Below are positions 9,557 to 17,355 of a DNA stretch of 17,355 bases, piece by piece. Below the pieces are notes generated by a model. That model had not been told where the DNA came from, did no database searches, and worked only from the letters and a program-made list of their open reading frames with translations. The translations under genes and the position numbers were made by a program. This DNA is from Paraspadella gotoi (taxonomy: Eukaryota > Animalia > Chaetognatha): positions 1-17,355 of the forward strand of contig JBJCIZ010000228.1 in the NCBI GenBank assembly GCA_051294375.1. Reading direction: 5' to 3'. Every line of letters begins with the position of its first letter. Within the stretch, counting starts at the first letter, position 1.

Positions 9557-10450
9557 TTACGTTCGATTGATTGAATATATTTTGTTGCGGTAGAATAATG
9601 TTGCTCCTTTCCTCTCTGTATTGATGCTTTTATCAAATTCAACTGTAATATTACGTTTTATGATCCTTTGTTTGCAATGTCTTCTCGATTCGCGACAAGA
9701 TAGTTGTAAGAAAATATTTTTCGCGAGACTAGTCATTACATAAATATGGTCATTTTTAAACATTTGAATATTGAGACAGTCTGATTGAAACAGTCTGGAA
9801 CATGGTGGCAAGTTCTTTGTTGTTGAAATTGTCTTTCGAAAATTCTTGCTTTGCACTTGTTCAGCTCGAGCCTCCACGAATCTTCGGATTTTTTCTTTAG
9901 TATCAATTACAATGATAATATAACTATACAAAACTTCATTTAATCTCCTTTATTGCCGGTGGCTTCCGAAAATGTCCGGACAACTCTGTGCCTGATCGAT
10001 GTACACCGCTCTACGCCTCCCCGTTTGTTAGACGCACAAACATTAACCCCTTTGTTGTACTTCACACTGGTGTCACTTCTGTTACAAGAAAATGTTTGCA
10101 ATTTCTATAAATCTGCTGTTTTTCAATGCACACGAGAGCCACACTCGCACACACATACACTCACCGTAAGAGAAGAATTAAGCTAAGAGAAAGTTTTGAA
10201 CAAAAAAAGCCTATTGTCTTCGCACTCAAATCTTTTAAAAGCATCACTACAAGCCACGTGGTTTAGAGGCTTTTTAAAGTTGACATATTCAATGTTAAAG
10301 TTCCACTCGATGGACCACCTTCATATTCGCAGCTAGATGCATGTCTACCTCACTTGTGTAAAACACATAAGATGAACACAACCTTGATTAAATCCGCAAC
10401 TATCTGTTTTACAAAAATATTTTGTTAAACCTATTGGCTTGTTAAATAAG
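9557..10450 (-). mobile_element. Decayed piggyBac-like DDD transposase fragment
   Basis: Minus-strand fragments occur in the order expected for piggyBac transposases: NKPIGLTKYFCKTDSCGF (~10440-10390; cf. KP.K.G.K...L.DS.GY), KYNK...RGGV/IDQ (~10070-9990; cf. YN...GGVD..DQ), RRLNEVLYSYIIIVI...SKNFRKTIS (cf. RW...FY...; FR..IA), then DHIYV...RRHCKQ...KGATLFY (eroded C-terminal Cys-rich domain). Stops and frameshifts present; no TIR or TTAA boundaries identified. Confidence 0.5.
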
Positions 10451-11602
10451 CGGAATAAAAGGATAAAGATGCTGCCAGTTGGCGTCAGCTACTTTTTTAA
10501 AACATTTTTGTCATAAATTAACCTTTTTATTATTTTAAATATTTCGGCCTTTTTAACCGTTTTAAATCCTTAAATCATAATTTTCAAACATAATTACTTT
10601 TAAAGAGAATAGAGCAATAGCCTCATTTCCGCGCGGCCATCCGCGCTTCGCCGCGCAGCGCGGCATTCAGATTTCCCTCTGGATTTCAATCAAGCTCCGA
10701 ATTTCACAATCGCGTGGTCAACTTCTCGGAGATTCATCAGAATTCTCGCGTCCAACTAGAAATTTTTTCTCGCTCTGTTTTTTTTCTTTTTACAGTTCTT
10801 TATCCTTACATTCAATAAATTCCCCCTTAAACCTTAATTCTTTGTTATTGTATGGCAAACATTCTTTAAGCAAATATACTTTATTACGCAGATCACCTTT
10901 ATATCTTTAAAACACCGAAATTATATCAAACAACAAACGATCTCCTGACAGGTCTAAATATTCACTGGAAATTAGTAACTTTGGGTAACGTTTGTACAAG
11001 TATGTGCCGGAAATTTGATTTATGTCGGGAGTAAATAGGCCAGATGTTATTCAGTTTTTCATCGTATTGATATTATACAAAAAACTCGAGCTATTCGAAG
11101 AACCAAGCTTCTGTGATACACAGTTCCCATTTGTTAAAGTTTAAAACCGTTGCGCTAATTTTTTTTTAATTATCCTCCACATCCGGTTTGTTGCAGTGCG
11201 TAAGATCTGCCGACTGACTTTGAGATTTCGGTAACAAAGATAAGTTAACGTAACGCGCTGTCTGAAGGAAAGTGAAGTATGATTATACTTAGACACAAAA
11301 AAGATGAAAACAAAGAGCTAAAAAAACTACACAATTTAACCTCTTTTACGAATCGTCCGTCCATTTACAGAACGACGCACTGAAAAAAAAAAGCAACTAA
11401 CAAAAAATAGAATAAAAATAAAAAAAAAAAAGACTCAGCACTCACGCGCTTCATATCTCAAACGGCCACAAATAGTTTATCAAGTTCGACTCCGACTCCG
11501 ATTTTTTCATCGCGTCGCCGCTAGCGGACATGCTCCGACAAAAGATTCGACGATAGATCGCACACCGTCATTCTCCAGTCTCCGCACTCCTCTCCTTCCG
11601 AC

Positions 11603-11880
11603 ATGAAGGCCAACGGAAGGACCGAAAAGTTCGGAAGAAATGACGACCCTTAACGAGTGACGCCGGCGGGCCCGCCCCCGTCCGCGCGAGCACATTCGTC
11701 CGTCTCCACTTCCAACCAGTCCCGCGTGCCAGACGCCGGGAGGGCGGCTGGGGCTGGGACTGCGTCATCGGCTGCTCGTTGGTTGCACGGTCATCGGCGC
11801 GGGGATGCGGGAAAATCGTAACGGAGTCGTCAATCTGTCGGCGTCATAGGAGCGATTCGGGTGCTCGTCCTCACATCGGA
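11603..11880 (+). CDS. SLC16/monocarboxylate-transporter-like gene, first coding exon (boundaries approximate), frameshifted
   Basis: GAGGGCGGCTGGGGCTGG encodes EGGWGW (SLC16 signature [D/E]GGWGW before TM1), followed by CVIGCSLV... and FGCSSS. Candidate ATG at 11603; donor site unclear. Confidence 0.78.
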
Positions 11881-12346
11881 TGTTGATTTAGGCGTTGTTT
11901 GATTGATTTGATTGAATTGATTAAGACCGTTTGATTTTTCATTAATCGAGACTTGATTGTTTAATTTGAGACTTGTGGGACAGAGTTATTTATCGAATGA
12001 TGTTTGATTTATTGATTGATTTTGTATTCCATTGATTGTTTGAATGTATAGATTGATTATTCGTGTATCTTTCATTGAATATTATTATTTTAATATACTA
12101 ACCAATGTTTAATGGATTGATTTTTTTGGCCCCCGGATTGTTTGATTTATTATTGTAAATATTTCTGTTTTTTTTTTTTTTTTCTTTGGCTGACCGATGA
12201 TAAGTGAATCATTGTTTGACAATTTACTGATTACTGATTACTAAATTTATCGATGTTCGTGAATTATAATCGCGAAACAAGCGTTCCTTACCTCACCTCC
12301 CCCACGACACGCGACCCGCTCCTCACCCATTCTCACCGCAAAAAAG

Positions 12347-12532
12347 GCGCCTGGATCGGTTCACCAACGGCTGTCTCCGCATGATCCTCTCGCCGTCGCC
12401 GATTCCTCGTCAGGGCGCGTCGCTCCTGCCGCGCCGTAACTTTTCTCGGCGGCGTGTCTGCGCTGCGGGGATCCTGTCGAGTTCGCGAACATCGCAGAGG
12501 CGCTCTTCTTGTAACTTACGGCATCGTCGGCG
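12347..12532 (+). CDS. SLC16-like gene, exon 2 (TM2-TM4), frameshifted
   Basis: AWIGS.NGCLRMILSP...SCRAVTFLGGV...LLVTYGIVG, matching SLC16 AWIGS, GCR.V...G and TYG...G motifs. Donor G|GTGAAG at 12533; acceptor approximate. Confidence 0.85.
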
Positions 12533-12544
12533 GTGAAGGCGGGG

Positions 12545-12711
12545 GAAGGAAGGGAGGAGAAGAAGAAGAAAGAAAGAAAGAAAGAAAGAAAGAAGAACAG
12601 AAGAAAGAAAGAAAGAAAGAAAGAAAGAAGAAGGAAAGAAAGAAAGAAAGAAGGAAAGAAAGAAGAAGAAGAAAGAAAGAAAGAAAGAAAGAAGAAAGAA
12701 AGAAGAAAGAA
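12545..12711 (+). repeat. (GAAA)n/(GAA)n polypurine microsatellite in intron
   Basis: About 165 nt of almost pure purine, mostly GAAA units. Confidence 0.97.
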
Positions 12712-12777
12712 GTATGTGTGAAAAAGAAATCTACAATTTCAATTATCCAATCATAATCAACTCATCCCTTTGGTCAG

Positions 12778-12844
12778 GAATCGGAAACGCCTTAACATAC
12801 GTCCGAGTCTTCGTCATCGTCAGCATTATTTTCAAAAGAGAAAG
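12778..12844 (+). CDS. SLC16-like gene, exon 3
   Basis: Acceptor GGTCAG|; GIGNALTYV.S.VIV.HYFQKRK matches SLC16 G.G....Y.P....V..YF.KRR; donor AAG|GTGGGC. Confidence 0.87.
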
Positions 12845-12950
12845 GTGGGCGGTTGTATCGTTATAAGTAAAGTATTGATTATATCAGAATATAATAATAA
12901 ACGACTGATCATATGTTTGACCAACATTTTATTTACATTTTTTTTTACAG

Positions 12951-13150
12951 GCCCTTCGCCAACGGGTCTGGCAGTCTCCGGCGCGGCAATCGGCACCCTC
13001 GCCTTTCCCTCGCATACTCCCAGTTTTCTGTTTGAGAGCTTCGGATTCTCCACGCACCTCCTCTACAATCGGCGCCTTTTTATCTCCACATCTGCGTCCA
13101 AGCGCACGCCCGGAGGCGATGTACCGACCGATCGAAGAGACAATTAGACG
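12951..13150 (+). CDS. SLC16-like gene, exon 4 (TM5-TM6), frameshifted
   Basis: Acceptor TTTTTTTACAG|; PFANGLAVSGAAIGTLAFP...FLFESFGF...LHICV...AMYRPI matches SLC16 A.G.A..G...G and C..GA..RP motifs; donor at 13151. Confidence 0.88.
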
Positions 13151-13275
13151 GTGTGTATGTGTGTGTGTGTGTGTGTGAGACCGAGAGAGAGAGCAGCCAG
13201 CCAGGAGAGACGACGACGAGAGCACCGACGAGAGAAGAGAGAGAGAGGAGACGGAGAGAGAGAGAGAGGAAGAGA
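13151..13275 (+). repeat. Compound (GT)n then degenerate (GA)n microsatellite at intron start
   Basis: GTGTGT run 13151-13176 followed by interrupted GAGAGA runs. Confidence 0.9.
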
Positions 13276-13320
13276 CAGCAGACGGACCGGAAGTTTAACT
13301 TAATTTCAAATTTTTGGTAG

Positions 13321-13612
13321 ATTTCCTCAGAGGAAACATCTTCTTCAAGACATCCCGCCAAGCAGTTTTCGTCGACGAGGTTCCGCTCCCTCTCAGAATC
13401 AGCTCCGATCTTCCGTAGACAAAGATCTCGCTACGCAGACGATCTAAAGGGCTGCAGGCGCGACGCTCACGGCGGCGGATCGCTAGCGGCGTGACGTCGG
13501 GGTTCTCGCCGAACCTGCAGATTCTATCCTCTTCGTCATTTTGCAATACGAGTAGTAATCGCGGTGACGTGCCACAGCTGTCTTTCCGTGTCCCTTGGTC
13601 GTGTCAAATCGG
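13321..13612 (+). CDS. SLC16-like gene, exon 5 (central loop and TM7), frameshifted
   Basis: Acceptor TTTTTGGTAG|; GC-rich; DVGVLAEP...ILFVI.CNT resembles SLC16 D.SLL..P.F..F...N. Donor approximate (GTTGAGT at 13613). Confidence 0.65.
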
Positions 13613-13624
13613 GTTGAGTATCAG

Positions 13625-13675
13625 TGTAACAATGTAACACTGTACACTTGTACACTGTACATATGTAAACTGTAT
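13625..13675 (+). repeat. Short imperfect tandem repeat (TGTA[A/C]AC-like, 8-9 bp, about 6 copies)
   Basis: tgtaacaa tgtaacac tgtacact tgtacac tgtacata tgtaaac tgtat. Confidence 0.75.
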
Positions 13676-14912
13676 AGAATTGTGTAATCTTCCTTTCATA
13701 GTATAACTTTAAAAATTCGTAAATAAAAAACTAATTTTGTAAAATACTTTTTTCCTTTATTTCCGTATTGGTTTAGTTACCATGTCTGGTGGGAGTACAT
13801 AACTTTAAATAATGTTTTTTTTTTGTCGCTTAAAGTTGCAAGTAAGAAATCATAATTATATAGGCTAATGTTTCAGCTGAGAAACCAATCAATTTCTTGA
13901 CGAACGAAGGCTCCGTCAAAATTGACCAATCAGAGAGAGAGTAGATACTTCACAATTTGCACACGTCAATAACCACCTTTTTTTCTCATATATTCGTCTT
14001 CTACCAAAGTTTTTATATGCACACTAATAAAACTATATTTCGCTTCGAGAATTTTCGGATTAAATTTGATAATAATGCCCAAAACTTACATAATGATCTA
14101 ACTGTTTTTTAAAATAAGAAAGGCAATACTGTCGAGTAAGGACAATATAAATCCATTTAAAAACAAATGTAACGACTCTAACTTTGTCAATTCTGCAATA
14201 ATGTAAATGAGATTCTTAGATAAATATGGCAGAATGTTATAAATCTTAAAGACAATCTGAAAAGGCGTGTTCATTAATAAAGTGTTCTTATATTTCATTA
14301 TATTGAACGCGACCAGGTATTTCTCTCCTTCAAGCTGCAATCTGTATGGTTCTCAACCTGAAAACAAGCAACTTTTTTTTGACGACAGAGATCCGTCTCA
14401 AAGACATGAGAAGACCAGGAAACTGGACTGAAGGGCAAAATACTAGCAGGTTGAAAATAAATTTTATGCCCTTGAAAAACTATTTCCTTTTTCGAGATTC
14501 GCTCATTGAATCAGAATATATATTCATTCACACCCATATCGCATATAAAGCTATAAGGCTATAATACGTATTATTTTTTATGGAAATAAAACAAGGAAAA
14601 CCGTCATTTGGACAACGACACTATAGAATATTTACAAAAGTTAACACGCCTGGTTTGTCAACACTGCTATAAATGTTAAATGAGATTAAAGATAAAATGC
14701 AGAAATTTATCATACCGTTTTTCATGAGATTATGAGTATTTTAAAAGTCGAGCAATTCGGTAAAACTTATCTGGTAGAATGTTGGGCACAAACAATAAAA
14801 TTATCCTAATAATTAATAAATAATATAGTAAGTAATATAGTCAGGGTCTATGGTTCCCGTGAAATCTTTCATATAAGCTATACAATTTTGAACTTCTTCA
14901 TTTCTTCTCCAG

Positions 14913-15066
14913 GCATCGACAAAGGCGGAAGCCGCTCTGGTGATGGTCGGCTGGAACGGACTCATGGATCGTTCATTGGTCGAGTCGTCTACGGTTTTGG
15001 TTTGAGTTACAAATTCGCGTCAAAACACATTCGACCTCTCACGTACAGCGGTCAGACCTATTTGAC
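14913..15066 (+). CDS. SLC16-like gene, exon 6 (TM8), frameshifted
   Basis: Acceptor TTCTTCTCCAG|; GIDKAEAALVM...GLMD..IGRVVYGF includes the TM8 D...GR motif of SLC16 proteins; donor AC|GTAAGA at 15067. Confidence 0.82.
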
Positions 15067-15453
15067 GTAAGACATCTTTATAATTCGATTTACGTGAGTT
15101 TTTTTTAATTAAAGTTTAAACCAAGTACTAAATTCGGAACTAAAACGTCTAAAAACACGAGAGTGATCAAATCTTGATGCAAGATAAGACAATAAAACAC
15201 ATTATCTATTTCTAGTGCCTCTTTTATGAAAAGTCGTAAAAGGCGGCCAAAGCCCATAAACAAATTGCAAGGCTTTTTTTTTTTTTTTTTGGTATTGTCT
15301 TTTGAAGCAGCTGGAGATAGCAATCGCGGAACCGTCATTATAAAACAAAAATAGTCATGCTCATATTCATCGGATATACCAAGATGGCGCTCTCGATGTA
15401 AATTAAAGAAATATCAGCTCTTCTTAAATTTTTTACGTCGGCAAGCTTTTCAG

Positions 15454-15638
15454 CGTTGTAAAAGTCCGTGACGGCGGCTGTGTTGTGAGTCTTACTGCCT
15501 TGTACTCCATCTCGGTCTCAACGGATTCCTGACGGGCGGATCTGCATGAACCGTCGCCATCGTCGGTCGCTCAGAACATTTCGGCAGAGAGCGCTTCCGC
15601 AAAGGCCTTCGGCCGCTGCCGATGTTTTTTTAGTTGGG
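15454..15638 (+). CDS. SLC16-like gene, exon 7 (TM10-TM11), frameshifted
   Basis: Acceptor TTTTCAG|; LYSI..GLNGFLTGG...VAIV...EHFGRERF.KAFG...MFF resembles SLC16 G.E....A.G....F.G; donor GG|GTCAGT at 15639. Confidence 0.72.
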
Positions 15639-15850
15639 GTCAGTTTCAAAGATGAATGCATGATTTGAAGGGTTATTTTATTGAAGTTTTATTTCCACTT
15701 GTAGCGAAGTAAACAACGAAAAAAAAAGGACGACGCCGCAACGACGAATTGGCTAAATAGCGTTGTATTTTCGAGATACGGAAATGGTAATAAATACATT
15801 ATAATTGTTAAAACCTCAGATAAAATGTCGCATTCAAACACTTTTTCCAG

Positions 15851-16050
15851 GTGTTTTTTGTTACTGTGGAGCGGCCACACCTTTGGCCGGGAACTGGATG
15901 GCCGCAATTTAAAGTACATACGGTCGGTCGTCTGTTTGTTTCACTCTTTCGTTAGTTTAACATTGTCGCCGCCATCCGGCACAGGGCGCCATAGTTGCGC
16001 TTTACTTCGTCGAGATGAATGGAGGAACTTGGAATCACTAGATTATTAAG
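15851..16050 (+). CDS. SLC16-like gene, terminal exon (TM11-TM12), frameshifted, end approximate
   Basis: Acceptor CTTTTTCCAG|; GVF...GAATPLAG.WM...STYG...F resembles SLC16 G.P.AG.L.D.TG.Y...F. AATAAA at 16101-16106 downstream. Confidence 0.62.
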
Positions 16051-16456
16051 GATGGGAAGAACATTGATGCTGGACGCCTTCGAATTTACCTATACTCTTC
16101 AATAAACTGTTTGGTTCTTTAATCGTTTTAAACGTTTTAAGGAGATTTTTTATCGTTTTTTATTCGTTCGATTCGATACTGGTTGTTAAATTCCTCATCC
16201 TGATATATAAAATACTGAAAGATTTCAAAAGATATACTGAGGTAGTTGTACTTTTTGATTTGTGGATTTTCATGATCTGAATTAAAATGAAAAATGACAA
16301 AACCTGAAGATTCTTCGTGCTTAAAAATGACAATGCAGCAAAATCTCTTGAGATTTTAGTCTTGTAATAGTTTTTTTATATATAATAGAACCAGTAGCAA
16401 TAAAGCATTTGCAATTGAGCCAAATAAAATATAAAAAAAAACCACATAAATGGAAA

Positions 16457-16885
16457 TTAATATTTAACGTTGTCGGCACAAAATGTTACGTAATTTTTGT
16501 ATCTCGTCGCGAAACTTCCTAACCGACCGCAGTTTCTTCCGCACTTTTTCCGCGCGACGAGGGACGACGGCGCCGACGCAACGCCACCGAGCGAGGCCGC
16601 CATCGCTTGGGACGAGTAAGGCGCGCCGAATGCAGACGGCGCGGCGCCGAGACCGGCGATCAAAACCTCCGCCAATTGAGCGCCTTTGCCGAGATTAAGA
16701 AATATAAGCAGAGCCGGAGTGGCCTGACAAGGGTTTGCCGAGAGAGCCGGGCGGTGAAGGGACCGCGAGCGAGCGAAGACGCCCAGCCGCCCCACATCAG
16801 GCCCGAAGGTGACGGCGTGGAGGGCAGTCGACGAGGTAGGTGGGGGCCACGCGGCGGTCGTTAGGTAGTAGAGTAGGAGAGGAAT
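16457..16885 (-). CDS. MFSD6: MFSD6-like MFS transporter (gene B), terminal coding exon; upstream exons probably lie beyond the window
   Basis: Minus-strand acceptor CTTCCTCTTCGAATCAG|A at 16885 (phase 2, completing an Arg codon). Across frameshifts: (R)FLSYS.YLTTAAW...LVDCLHAVTFGLMWG...SPPGLSAT.Q....YFNLGKG, the MFSD6 C-terminal pattern R...YS....PW....E.LHG.TF.L.W...PP....T.Q......G.G. Stop position taken from the ORF-track frame. Confidence 0.82.
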   Translation of the reverse strand: MPLLLYYLTTAAWPPPTSSTALHAVTFGPDVGRLGVFARSRSLHRPALSANPCQATPALLIFLNLGKGAQLAEVLIAGLGAAPSAFGAPYSSQAMAASLGGVASAPSSLVARKKCGRNCGRLGSFATRYKNYVTFCADNVKY

Positions 16886-17355
16886 CTGATTCGAAGAGGA
16901 AGAATGATTATTTTATCGCGACTATTTAGTATAATTGTTTTAATTAGTCAAATTGGTTATTTAAGGTTAAGTATGCAGCTAACTTATGTCATAAGGCCGA
17001 GATCAACGACGTTTTAGATCAAACGGACGGTTTTGAGATAATGAGGAAGTTTCTAATTCACGCATTTCTCTTGGTTATAGGTAAATTATTGAACATTGTG
17101 AAGGAAGAGATTAATTTGGATTTTTACGTACTTTATTAGGGAGAGGGAAATCTTGGTAATTTGTTTACATCCACGGAATTTGTATTTTAATTTACAATTA
17201 CACACGTCACTTCTGGTCGTAAGTAAGTGGTTATCTCTATAAATTACATATCAGTCTACATTTTTTATTTAATACTTCTTTTTTTCTAAAGAAAAAAAAG
17301 ACAACAAACATGAGGTGAAACTGGCGTGCAAACGGGGCAATTAAATTTAAAACAT

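Noticed and set aside
11895-12245. Degenerate (TTGA)n-rich stretch
   Set aside because: Low-complexity intron sequence with no higher-order structure visible.
12454-12756. Lys/Glu/Arg-rich ORFs
   Set aside because: Translation of the intronic (GAAA)n tract; only the first ~80 nt overlap a real exon.
4771-16885. Programmed frameshifting or RNA editing system linking the frameshifted genes to the 8-nt-loop tRNA
   Set aside because: Indels go in both directions, share no sequence context and also affect the repeat array; sequencing error is far more parsimonious, and the tRNAs lie across an assembly gap.

Overview
Eukaryotic (invertebrate-animal-like) scaffold: AT-rich introns and intergenic DNA, GC-rich exons, many microsatellites and one 849-N gap. 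Left of the gap are four tRNA genes: Leu-CAG (-), Ala-AGC (-), an irregular Val-TAC-like gene (+) and His-GTG (+). Right of the gap is a cluster of three spliced major facilitator superfamily (MFS) transporter genes that the ORF track largely misses: an MFSD6-like gene (+, ~4771 to at least 6837), an SLC16/monocarboxylate-transporter-like gene (+, ~11603-16050, at least 8 exons) and the last exon of a second MFSD6-like gene (-, 16457-16885). Most exons carry several 1-nt indels, which fits uncorrected long-read error better than three independent pseudogenisations. Also present are a degenerate ~70-bp tandem array followed by a hairpin-rich GC segment (7140-7860) and a probable decayed piggyBac transposase (-, ~9557-10450). 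I found no convincing new biological system; the least explained element is the 7140-7860 array and structured segment. All family calls come from motifs recognised by eye, not from database searches.
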